From: Octopus sinensis
Lineage: Eukaryota
DNA: 64,000 bases
NCBI RefSeq assembly: GCF_006345805.1
Contig: NC_043000.1
Coordinates: 80,786,001-80,850,000 of the forward strand
Reading direction: 5' to 3'
This document shows, in pieces, positions 13,038 through 24,660 of this stretch. Numbering within the stretch: the stretch's first letter is position 1; every line of letters starts with the position of its first letter. A model generated the notes under the pieces. It was not told the origin of the DNA. It did no database searches and worked only from the letters and a program-made list of their open reading frames with translations. A program made the translations under genes and the position numbers.

Positions 13038-13612
13038 TTCTATTATTTTCACTACCTAGCAATGCTTCTGCTATTTTTACCTTATTTGAATTTTCATGTT
13101 CCCAAGATATGTGATTTTCTTTATTCATTAATTGTTGGTTTGATTTCTGAAGGACAGTGAATCTCAGATCATCTCGTGCTTCATCTTCTTCATTATTAGT
13201 GTGATGAGAGAGATCACTGTCATTTTGTGGGACTTGTTCTTTCTCACACATTCTAGTTGTTTTGTGTTTACTTTTACAGGGAGATATTTCATTTTATTTC
13301 CCCTCTTTCTGTGTATTTTTCAACAGTTTTTACACTTTCCTCTGCTGCCATTATCTATTTCTGTAGTGATGCTACTGGTTGTAACATTAAGACAGGGTGT
13401 CAATCTGCTTGTTCCTAGTACTGGGTACATGTTGGCTTGCTCTACCATTCCCTGAGCCATGACTGATGGTACTTTGAAAACTAGAACTTGTTGCTCTTGT
13501 TCCTTTTTCTCAGACATTTCTTACCTATGGATCCAATTTGATTCCTGTTTTACTCTGGTGAACCCCCATAATCATTCCATGTTTAAAGACTACGCACATA
13601 CATACATATATA

Positions 13613-13656
<44 letters not shown>

Positions 13657-13733
13657 AAAGCACTAAGTCATTAGTATCCCTTTGCCTAGATGAAATATCC
13701 ACATATCTATCTTTCTCTCTGTCTCCCTTTCCT

Positions 13734-13784
<51 letters not shown>

Positions 13785-14558
13785 ACCTCTCTCTCTCTCT
13801 CTACGTCTTTCTCTTTCTCTCACTCTAAATGTACATATATAGGTGCAGGTGTGGCTGTGTGGTAAGAAGCTTGTTTACCAACCACATGATTCTGTGTTCA
13901 GTCCCACTGCATGGCACCTTGGGCAAGTGTTGTCTACTATAGCCTCAGGTGAGTGGATTTGGTAGATAAAAACTGAAAGAAGCCCTTTGTATGTATGTGT
14001 GTGTGCATTGTTGTTGTCTGAGGCCTCATGGTAAAAATACTATGCAATCTTTTACAAGCATATGTTAGCAATGAGGAAATGGTTATGCTCAAAATAAGGC
14101 AACCACCATAAATATGTATGACTGTCGCATTTGCATTTATTTTTATATGTCTCAGAACTCAGTGGTGTGACAAATAGACATCAATTAAATAAGTACCAAT
14201 CTTAAAAACAAGTGTACTGCCATTAATATTATCATCTAAACCCTTAAAGCTGGTGTCCCAGCTTGCCTGAAACTAATGACTGAAACCAGAAGTACTTTAC
14301 ATAGAATCTGTTTGACTATAAAAGAAAATAATAATAAATCCAGAAAAAACAAAGCACCTAATATGTCTGATAGGGACAGGAATAGATCAGAAAATAATTC
14401 GATATTTCCACAGATTTAACAATTTTGTCTTTTACTAATCTTTTTTTTTTGTGTCAGTTTTTTTTTCCTTTTTTTTTTCAAAATCATAAACTTTGTTGCA
14501 TTTTATTCTATTTCCTGCATAGTCATTCCTTCATCTATTACTATTATTATTGTCATTA

Positions 14559-14605
<47 letters not shown>

Positions 14606-14729
14606 TATTATTATTATTATTATTATTTTGAAGACTTATTCTCTTGTGTCTGAAATCACATAAATCATTTTGTTTACAGCGATCAAAAAACCATTTTAAT
14701 CAACATTTTCATCTATATTTTGACATCTA

Positions 14730-14761
<32 letters not shown>

Positions 14762-14769
14762 CATCATTA

Positions 14770-15340
14770 TATGAGTGCATGCTAATTATGTTAGCAGGTG
14801 TTTTATCTTGAGGTTTGGTGATGACATGTCTCCTCAAATCTCAAGATTTTTTAGGATGTTTACAGAATATTGGATGCAAGTTTCAGTTCCAATTTCTTTC
14901 AGTTTTTTAGGTAGCATTTTGGGTGTTGTGCCCAGTATACTTATTGCTACAAGAATAATTATCTTGGTCTTCCATAGTCTCCTCAACCCCCTCTCAATTT
15001 TTTTCCATTTCTTTGGTATCGATTCTACAATTCTAGGGAAATGCAAAACCTATGATCTTCCACTGTTTGCTTATTGTATCCTCTATAGTCATGTCTGGTC
15101 TTCCTACCACAACAGTATAGTCAGTCTTTATGACAAAGTTCCGCAAAATCTTGTAATTCACATTTTCAATCACAGCCTCTGGTTTGTGTTCATACCACTT
15201 TTCTGTTGTTTTGAAGCCACATACTCGACTTGCATCCCAAAATATTCCTTTGCCTACACAGTCATGTCTGTGCTTGTATTTCTTTTGTGCTTACTATACT
15301 GCACTCATTCAAAATATGATTGATACTCTTGTCTCCTATT
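14770..15340 (-). mobile_element. Dong/R4-clade non-LTR retrotransposon 3' end (restriction-like endonuclease region)
   Basis: My minus-strand translation reads KYKHRHDCVGKGIFWDASRVCGFKTTEKWYEHKPEAVIENVNYKILRNFVIKTDYTVVVGRPDM...IIILVAISILGT, with the RHD, WYEHKP and RPD signatures. It contains a stop and a frameshift, and its 3' end abuts (TAA)n. Confidence 0.85.
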
Positions 15341-15837
15341 TGGATGGCCATTGACTCCTCAGAGTTTCATCTGCCCTCAGACAGGTCTTGTTTTTCCTCC
15401 TGCAGAGTGACCAAATAGCAAGAAAAACACCCACCTCTGTGGGGTTGCCCATTTAGTTGCTGACAGCTTGATATTTTTGCTTCGATTTTGTGTCTTCAGT
15501 AACAATAGCTGTGAAGGGGCAAGTGTCTTGTATGAAGCTAACTAAGGGAGGCAGTCACATAAGAAGAACATGGAACAAAAGAGAAAGAAAAAGAAAAAAA
15601 TATTACTTTTATTATTGGCGAGATGGCAGAATCATTTGCATACCAGGCGAACTGTTTGGTGGTATTTTCTCTGTCTTTATGTTCTGATTTCAAATTCCGC
15701 CAAGGCCGACTTTGTTTCTCATCCTTTTGGGGTCAATATATTAAGTACTAGTGAAACACTGTGGCTGATGTAATTAACTTGTCCTCTTCCTCAAAATATC
15801 AGACTTTGTGCCTATAGTAGAAAGGATAATAATAATA

Positions 15838-15885
<48 letters not shown>

Positions 15886-16653
15886 GTTATTATTATTATT
15901 ATCATTATTATTATTATTACCACCATTAAAATTATCATTGTCAAAAGAAAATGTCAGAAGGGTAATTTTTTTTCTAGCTTGTTGTTGTTCTATACAAATA
16001 TACATTTACATACATACATTTACATACATACATTTACATACACACAGACACACAGACACACACACACACACACACAAGGGACTATTCTCCAATTTGTTTT
16101 TCCATAATTTAAGTTAGTAGCATGATTTGAAGGAAATTTGGCTGCTATTTTTAGTAAGTCAAGTGATGGTACAAAGTTCTTTACTCACTGGCTTGAAGTA
16201 AACTTCAATTTTGTTGTTTAACCCCAGATTAACATTCATTAAGGAACCTCTGCAATGAAAACTGAAGATGTTTCAGTTGTACCATCCTATCTTTCTCTAT
16301 ATAAAGAACTACATTGTCCAATCTAACTCTTATTTAAGATGGTAGGGTGTTATTTGAAGTAGATTTAGCTGCTATTTCCTTCAGATAAAGTGTCCACATA
16401 CAAGCTCCTTTGTTGAACATTGAGACCAGCTCATATAAGTTGATTTCATTTAACATGGGGTAAAATACTACAGCAGGCAGACTTAACTCTCCACTGCTAG
16501 AAAACTTTCTCTCCCTCCTGCCCTCTCTGTTCCTTTCTCATCTTTAGAACTTTTTCAGTAAGACAGTGTGAAATATGAATTTCTCAGGAAGGATGAAATA
16601 GGTGATGAGAGAAAAGATGGCAGTGTCTTGGTGATATATATATATATATATAT

Positions 16654-17160
16654 ATGAGATATGCTGTGACTGCGAAGACCCGACAAATAACGTGAGTTCA
16701 TGGCTGTTTCCTGCACCAGCTTCACATAGCAGACCCAGCCCATCCCAAGTACCTTGGATCATAGGGAGACCTGCTGTGCTTGAGGGGACCTATTGAGTCA
16801 AGTACATCAACATCAAAATAAAAATCAAATGGAAATTGTAGTTGTGATACCCATGCCGGTGGTACGTAAAAAGCACCATCCGAATATGCCAGTGCCGCCT
16901 TGACTGGCTTCTGTGCCGGTGGCACGTAAAAAGCCCCACCTGATCGTGAACGTTGCCAGCCTCCCCTGGCACTTGTGCCGGTGGCACATGAAAAGCACCC
17001 ACTACACTCATGGAGTGGTTAGTGTTAGGAAGGGCATCCAGCTGTAGAAACACTGCCAGATCAGACTGGAGCCTGGTGTAGCCTCTTGGCTTCCCAGACC
17101 CCGCTTGAACCGTCCAACCCATGCTAGCATGGAAAATGGACGTCAAACGATGATGATGAT
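16654..17160 (+). mobile_element. 3' end (last codons and 3' UTR) of an RTE-type LINE
   Basis: Begins RYAVTAKTRQ, has about 55-60-bp internal repeats (GCCGGTGGCACGTAAAAAGCACC) and ends in (GAT)n. The terminal segment matches the 3' end of the LINE at 37401-39915. Confidence 0.75.
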
Positions 17161-17238
17161 ATATATAGATATATTAGGTAATGAGCAAAAACAAAGAAAA
17201 AGATAAATGAGAAGGATAAGTTTTGATAAAACTGTTAA

Positions 17239-17435
17239 CCCTTTAGCATTTAAACCAGCCATATCTGGGCAAAATATTCTACTAGCCAATCCAGCCTCTC
17301 ACATCTATCCTACAATGTCACTCTAAAAATAGTTACATTATTGAAATCTCAAAGCAATGAGATAATGCATGATTAATTCAAAACAAAGTGAATAAATTAG
17401 CACTACGCTAGGCAAAGTAATCTGAATGTGAAGGG
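17239..17435. mobile_element. piggyBac-type MITE
   Basis: TTAA at 17235-17238 and 17436-17439 flank CCCTT...AAGGG termini with imperfect TIRs of about 15 bp. No coding capacity. Confidence 0.8.
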
Positions 17436-18396
17436 TTAAAGGGAAAAAGTCTTTAATGTTTCAGATTTTAGTCCTTCATCAGAAAAAAGAAAGCAAAGAA
17501 AGAAAGGGGGAAATATAGGAAAGGTGGTAGAAAAGAAAGAATGAGTAAAAATGGGTTTAGGGCTGAGGTGGAAATACAATTGTATGGGGAGAAGTTATGA
17601 AGAACAGGAGGAGGCTGGCTAGTCTGTGCATGAATAGGAGGGTATTTGTGTATTGTGATGGGCATGCAGATGTGAGTGGTTTCTTGTAATATGAAGCGGT
17701 GTGCAATTGTGAGAGTGGGATAGAGGTGTGGCATAGTGGGTAAGTTGGAGAATGGTGAGTAGGTGTGAATATATGGCAGGTGAGCAGAAAATGTGGGAGA
17801 AATGAAAGGACAAGTAGTAAAACCACTGAAGAAAATAGAATAGTTGTTGAGAAAAAAATAAGAGAAAAAATGTATAGATATACTTACATAGGTTCCATTA
17901 CAATAAAAGATTAATATTGGCAACTCTGGTTCAAATAAAGGAAGAACCTATTCTAAGCATGACTAGAATTTACAGAAGACACTTGCCTTTGGTATTTCAA
18001 AGTAATCTGGGTACTGTGTGAGATGTTCTGTATCACAGTATGTAGTCCTTTCCTATTTTAGAAATACTTTTTATTGTCTTATTGCTTTTATCTATTTATG
18101 AAGGTATCTTTTATTATTGTTGATCTCCCCTTTAACTCCATGTAAATTCTCCATTGCATTTTAGTATATTATTCAACTGTTATCACCATCATTATCATTA
18201 TTGGAGATGGCAAGCTGGCAGAATGACTAGCATGTCAGACAAAATGTTTAGATGTATTTTATCCATCTTTATGTTCTGAGTTCAAATTCTGCTGTACTTG
18301 ACTTTGCCTTTCATTCTTTCAGGGTACAAGTTGAGTACTGAAGTCAATGTTTTTGACTTACCCACTTCTCCAAATTTTCAGGCCCTGTATCTATAA

Positions 18397-18680
18397 TCAT
18401 CATCATCATCAGCATTTAGCGTCTGCTTTCCATGCTAGCATGGGTTGGACGGTTCAACTGGGGTCTGGGAAGCCAGAAGGCTGCATCAGGCCCAGTCTGA
18501 TCTGGCAATGTTTCTACGGCTGGATGCCCTTCCTAACGCCAACCCCGCCATGAGTGTAGTGGGTGCTTTTTACATGCCAAACGGGGCTGGCAAACGTCCA
18601 CGGTCGGATGGTGCTTTTTACGTGTCACTGGCACGGGGGCCAGGCGAGGCTGGCAACGGCCACGATCGGATGGTGCTTGG
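18397..18680 (-). mobile_element. RTE-type LINE 3' UTR fragment
   Basis: Reverse-complement match to about 16900-17160, including the (GAT)n tail. Confidence 0.75.
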
Positions 18681-18706
18681 GATTATTATTATTATTATTA
18701 TTATTA

Positions 18707-18751
<45 letters not shown>

Positions 18752-18767
18752 TATTATTATTATTTAA

Positions 18768-19140
18768 GGCAGTGAACTGGTAGAATTGTTAGCATGCTTG
18801 GGTGAAATGTTCTAAGTTCAAATACTACTAGGGTCATCTCTGCCTTTCATCCTTTTGGGGTTGCTAAAATAAGCACCTGTTGAGTACTGAGGTCAATGTA
18901 ATCGACTATACCCTTCCTCCTAATTCCAGGCCTTGTGCCTGTAGCAGAAAGGATACTAATAATAATAATAATTATTATTATTATTAGAGTCAAAATTAAA
19001 AGAAGAATGCCATTGTTATCTAGTGAATGATATTTCGACATCTTGTGTGTCTTCAACTGGTTCAAAAAATAATTTTGTCAATCTACTTCATTTTGGTTAA
19101 TATAGAAAAGATTGAGGTATTATTATTATTATTATTATTA

Positions 19141-19188
<48 letters not shown>

Positions 19189-19430
19189 TATTATTATTAT
19201 TATGGTGAGCTGGTAGAATTCTTACTGCACCAAACAAAATGTTTGGATGCTGGCATTTTGTGCATCTTTACATTCTGAGTTTAAATTCTGCTGGGGGTGG
19301 GTTTGCCTTTCATACTTTCAGGGTCAATAAAATAAGTACCAGTCAAATACTGAAGGAGGAAGAGGGGGACATGTAATCAACTAACCTCTTCCCTTTAATT
19401 TTCTAACCTTGTGCCAAAATTTGAAACCAT
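18768..19430 (+). mobile_element. Two SINE family B copies inserted at (ATT)n tracts
   Basis: Family head and core at 18768-18952 and 19203-19430. Confidence 0.7.
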
Positions 19431-19775
19431 TTTTATTATTATTGGAAAAAAAATGAATGTAATTGGCTGCAGTAAATGTTGCCATAATGATAATATTTGA
19501 TTGCTATATATTATTTTTTATACATCTATAATTGCATCTCCCAAACCATATGCACAAACATATATAAAATTGATTTACTTCATACATATTTATTTATATA
19601 TATATGATGTGTGTGTGTATGTATTTGAGTGTATGTGTGTGTATATATATATCTCTCTCTCTATATATAAAGAGATAGAGAGAGAGGCTGAACTTGGAAC
19701 CATGTGGTTGGGAAGCCAGCTTCTTATCATGCAGCCATGCTTGCACCTATATTGTCATGCCTGTGCCTATATATA

Positions 19776-20665
19776 CAAGGTTCAACCAATAAGTCTCTGG
19801 ACTGTTGCCATAGTAACAAAGCTAAAGCACACAGAGTAAAGCTGCTTGGTAAAGATTGACTTTGAACCCTGTTGTGCATGTGCACTAAGTTTTAACGTTC
19901 TAGCTCACTTCTGCTGTTTACAGCAGTGCTTCGAAGGAAGGTGTGTAGCATGTAATTGTTGCATTGACCATAACAGAGCAAGTTGTTATGGCAATACCTA
20001 CTCAGTAGCCTATGCAAGGTTGCAGAAAGTGTATGGAGAGGAGTGTATGAGTTGCACACAAGTGTAAGAGTGGTTCAGACATTTCCATGATGGCTGAAAA
20101 AATGTAGATATTGACAAACATTCTAGGAGACCCACAACCAGCAGAACTGAGAAAAACATCACAGATGTGGATGCAGCTATGAAAGAAAATTGTTGAATCA
20201 CCATCTGTGAGTCATCAGAGGATGTGCAGATTAGTTACAGTTTAATTCAGTCCATTATCACTGAAAATTTAAGTATGAAACGCATGTCTGCCAAATTTGT
20301 GCCAAAACTGCTTTCAGCTAACCAAAAAGACACTCGGGTTTCAATTGCTCAAATCTCCTTGATTGTGCTGAGAATGATGAAAACTTTTTGGAAACTTTGC
20401 ATTGGCCTCTGAGCAGGTATCATCATGTTTTTGGCAAAGTTTGATGTAGATTTTCTGCTCAACTTTCTCTGTCATGGTCAATGCAATGATCACACGCTAC
20501 ACACCTTCCTTCCAAGCACTGCTGTAAACAGCGTGAGCTAGAATATTAAAACTTAGTGCATATGCACAGCAGAGTTCAAAGTCAATCTGTGCTAAGTGGC
20601 TTCACTCTGTGTGCTTTAGCTTCATTATTATGGCAACAGTCCAAATACTTATTGATCAGACCAAG
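19776..20665 (+). mobile_element. Mariner derivative with two inverted 5' ends (about 250-280-bp arms)
   Basis: TA-flanked. 19776-20030 is the imperfect reverse complement of about 20385-20665. The internal plus-strand transposase N-terminus (LQKVYGEECMS...HSRRPTTSRTEKNI...MSAKFVPKLL) has stops, and there is no catalytic domain. Confidence 0.85.
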
Positions 20666-20920
20666 TAAAATGCATATATATTATTTAAAGCCATTTGACT
20701 TGGCTCCATGTAACTTAAAGTTTCATATCTTTCTAATAGAAACCCAGCTCATTTAGGCTCAGATTACCGAATCATTCATGGACACAAGTATGGCCCAATG
20801 GTTTCAGAATCATGAAATCCCCAATTTGTTTCCACCACATAACATCTTGGGCAATTGTTTTTTATCTTGACTTTAGGTCAAGCTAAGTCTTGTAAGTGAA
20901 AATGGGTTGAGAGAAATACA

Positions 20921-20954
<34 letters not shown>

Positions 20955-21092
20955 CATGCGTGTGTGCGCGTGCATGCATGTGTGAATACATAAATGTTAA
21001 TGGACTTAAGTTTAAATTTGAGCTTGAGCATAATCCTTCCACTTCCATTTATTGTCATTCAAGCATTAATGTATAAATATGTTATATATATA

Positions 21093-22286
21093 CAGGGTGC
21101 GGACAGTATTTAAGGACAGATTTAGATTTAAAAAATAAAAAGGCTTATATAATAACAAGTAAAAAACTGTATTTTTATAAAAATAACATAAACATATAGC
21201 TAAATTATCAATTTAATAATTAGCATCAATAACTGCCTCTATGCAGGGTTGAAATCCTCTACAAGCTCTGATTAAGTGATCCATGTTCATATTGGACATG
21301 ATCCAAACTATGGTGGCTGCTCCATACATAGTAGTCCAGTGGATTGAGATCTGGAGAATTAGGAGGTCAAATGGTAGGTGTGATGTGATCAAGTGAATTG
21401 TCAGCAATCCATTCTTGTGTCATTTGAGCCTTGTGTGATGGTGTAAAATCTTGTTAAAAGACGTAAGGCCTTTCATTGCATATACTATTGATCCAAGACT
21501 TAACAACTTTATCCAGAACCTCAATATACACAGCAGCATTCACCCTAACGCCTTGTGGAAAAAAGTGAGGAGGCATCACATGTCCTTCATTGCTAACAAC
21601 ACTCAAAACCATGACACTTGTAGGAAATTTTGTGTGCATTACTCTTGGAACCTCGGAAGGGTCTGCACATAACCATCTGTCATTTCTTCTCATAGTTTTC
21701 TGGTCCTGGTCAAGATTTTTCTCATCTGAGGAAAACCAAATCACATCATCTTCTGATGGATTTTTATGTTTATTCAAAAGTATTTTGGATCTGATTAAAT
21801 GGTTTTCTGTTGCTTTTTTCTAACATGAATTGACCTCTCCTCATCATGTAAGATTTGTATCTGATGCCTTCATGCACAACATTTCTGATTGTTTTTTCTG
21901 ATACACGAAATGATTTTGCGATTGACTTCATTGATTTTCCTGGATTGTCTTTAATGTTTTGTTTAACTTTCTGAATAAATTCATGTGTACTGATAGAATC
22001 AGAGCAGTTGGAATGTTTTTTACATTTTGATATACCTAACATGCTTCTATCTTCTTTCTCTAACTCACACCAAATATTGTGAACAAAAGTTCTTGCAACT
22101 TTCAGAAAACGAGAAATTGCTAAATCATCATGCTTAGCATTGAAAGCCACAATCACATGCCTTTTTATTTCATTAGTAAGCATAGGGCCTGTTATTGTTA
22201 TTTTCTGAAATAGAAGTTCAATAAAAATTAGTCAAATAAAATAATGACTAAAAATGCATGTGTCCTCAAATACTGTCTGCACCCTG
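21093..22286 (-). mobile_element. DD37D (maT-family) Tc1/mariner transposon, near full length, inactivated
   Basis: 26-bp TIRs CAGGGTGC(G/A)GACAGTATTT(A/G)AGGACA with TA TSDs. The transposase reads FSSDEK...F*QDFTPSHKAQMTQEWIADNSLDHITPTI*PPNSPDLNPLDYYVW, with 37 residues between the second and third Asp (counted). It has two stops, a frameshift and a deletion. Confidence 0.93.
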
Positions 22287-22567
22287 TATGTATATATATA
22301 CATATATATATGCTGTTTATCATGTTGGGATATATATATATAGTGTATTAAACATAATATATATATATATTAAATTAAATAAATACATATTTAACTTAAG
22401 CCCATTAACATTATCGAGGTTATGGGTTCTATTTCTCTATATCATACTAAGTTATAAATAGATAACTATAACATTATTTTGATTTGGTTGATTAAGTAAA
22501 TATCAATATTACCATTTGGGAAAATATTGTCTGGGGAAAAACAGTATCTATACATTTTACAATTTAT

Positions 22568-23245
22568 AATCATCATCAACATCATCATCATCATCATTAC
22601 CAAATTTATTGTCACCATTATCACAGTAGCCATAATCGTCAATATCATTTTCACAGTTATCACCATCATCACCATCATTTCCACCAACATCATCATTGCC
22701 AATATCATTATCATTAGCATCATGCCCCCAACATTATCCTTACCACCATCATCATGACTGATATCATCACCATCATCATCATCATCACATTTAATCTTCA
22801 TCAGTATTATATATCATCATAGTCATCATCATCATCACTATCAATCTCCATCACCTCTCATTACTGTCATTGTAATGTCATTAATACTATCATCACACAT
22901 TATCGCCATCTTCGCCATTATCAACTGTATCATCATCATCATCATCATCATCATAAGCAACAGCACTATCATCATCACCACCACTATAAGTATCACCATG
23001 ATCATCACCATCATTATCTTCATCATAATTGCTACACTCATGACAATTATCATTCTCACCATGACCACCACTACTGCCAATTACCATCATTAGTCTAAAC
23101 ACCATCATTATTATCACAATATTTCCATCTTCATCATCATTACCTCAAACACCACTACCATTATTGTCACCTTAAATACTCTCATCATCATTACCACAGT
23201 CCCCACCATACCACCGAACTATCATCATCATCATCATCATCACCA
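22568..23245. repeat. Degenerate (ATC/ACC)n low-complexity tract
   Basis: Visible trinucleotide periodicity over about 680 bp. Confidence 0.9.
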
Positions 23246-23550
23246 ACTGGAGTTGCAGTTAATTGAACATCAATTTTATCAGTGCAGCCTTTTTCATGCA
23301 GCTAGTTACCCTGTTGTATGACTTTGTATTATGTACTGTAAGAGGCATTGTATTGTGTAACATAAAAAGTCAGTGGATTATGTAATGAAGGATATTATTT
23401 TAACATGCAATGCATGACATTAATATATTGTGTAAAATATAGTGTGTAATATACATAATCATGTAATAATTGAAGTAACAGGATTGTGAAATATGTGGGA
23501 TCATTGTACTATATAATGCTTGTGGGCAGTGAAGTATGAAATCTGTTATA

Positions 23551-23840
23551 TGAAATGTACGAGGGTGTTGTAATATGTAATGTTTGAGGGTTCTATACTG
23601 AGTAATGTATGAGGGTACTGTAGTATGTAATGTATGAAGGCAGTGTAGTACTGTAATGTTAAAGGATACAATAATATGAAAAGTATGGGGGTACTGTAAT
23701 ATGTAGTGTATGAGGGCACTGTAGCATGCAATGTATGAAGGCAGTGTAGTAATGTAAAATAAAAGGGTAGTGTAATATGTAAAGTGTGAGGGTTTTATAT
23801 TATGTCATATATGAGGGTACTGTAGTATGTAAAATAAACA
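23551..23840. repeat. Degenerate 25-bp minisatellite, about 11-12 units
   Basis: Consensus is approximately TGTAATGTATGAGGGTACTGTAGTA. Confidence 0.8.
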
Positions 23841-24344
23841 GGTAAAATATGAGCTCAATCTGTTGTGTAATGTGTGTGAGGTATTATGTAAAATATGTAA
23901 TCAGTGTATTGTGTAATGCTGAGGTCAATATCCTCTGGTGTGTATGTGTGTGTGTGCTGATATTTCTTGACTGTATTTAAAATATGAATCATAGGCAAAA
24001 AAGAAAATGGTTGAGAACAATTGATCTTCATTATAACTAGAGTATGCACATATCTAGTTAGATGTAAACACATATGCTATACATACATGCATACCTACAC
24101 ACACACATACATGTATGCATATGCATATATCTTTAAAAGTTTTTGCAAAAATTTACTTGATAACAGTCATAATATTTGAAGAAAGATTTTCTTTAAAGTT
24201 ATTAAAAGTTTAAAAACAAATCTTAGTAAAACAGAATAGTATGAATCTTTGTAATGAAGTTTTGATAATGTGTGTCTATGCACTTTCACTGATAAATTTT
24301 TCATGTGTTTTGGAATAATCTGTATAAAAGAAGTTAGTTTTACA

Positions 24345-24660
24345 TATGCTAAATTTGCTGAACACTAACATATCTGCTAAATATTGACCCATCTGTTGAA
24401 TGTTCACATATTAAATATCTGCTAAATACTCACTCATCCATTAAATGCTCAACCATCTAGATGTCCACACACCTCAGCCAAATACCTACAGAAGCATTTG
24501 CTAAATACCCATACATTTACTAAATACTTGCATGCATCTGTCAAACATTTGCTAAACATTGATGCCTTTGCAAATCTGCAAAATGCCCAAATACCTATTA
24601 AATACCCACACATCTGTTAAATGCCCTGGCATGTCTGCTAAACATGTAAACACCTCACAG
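24345..24660. repeat. Highly degenerate minisatellite of about 20 bp
   Basis: Recurrent CAT(C/T)TGCTAAATAC-like units. Confidence 0.6.

Noticed and set aside
13842-13920. tRNA-like sequences here and at other SINE heads
   Set aside because: They continue into SINE bodies and lack a complete cloverleaf, so they are not tRNA genes.
14775-15323. 182-aa hydrophobic plus-strand ORF that looks like a membrane protein
   Set aside because: It is the antisense shadow of the Dong/R4 coding strand.
22466-23117. Met-rich and Asp-rich ORFs that might suggest reflectin-like or biomineral proteins
   Set aside because: They come from a degenerate (ATC)n tract, with no reflectin motif and no splice structure.
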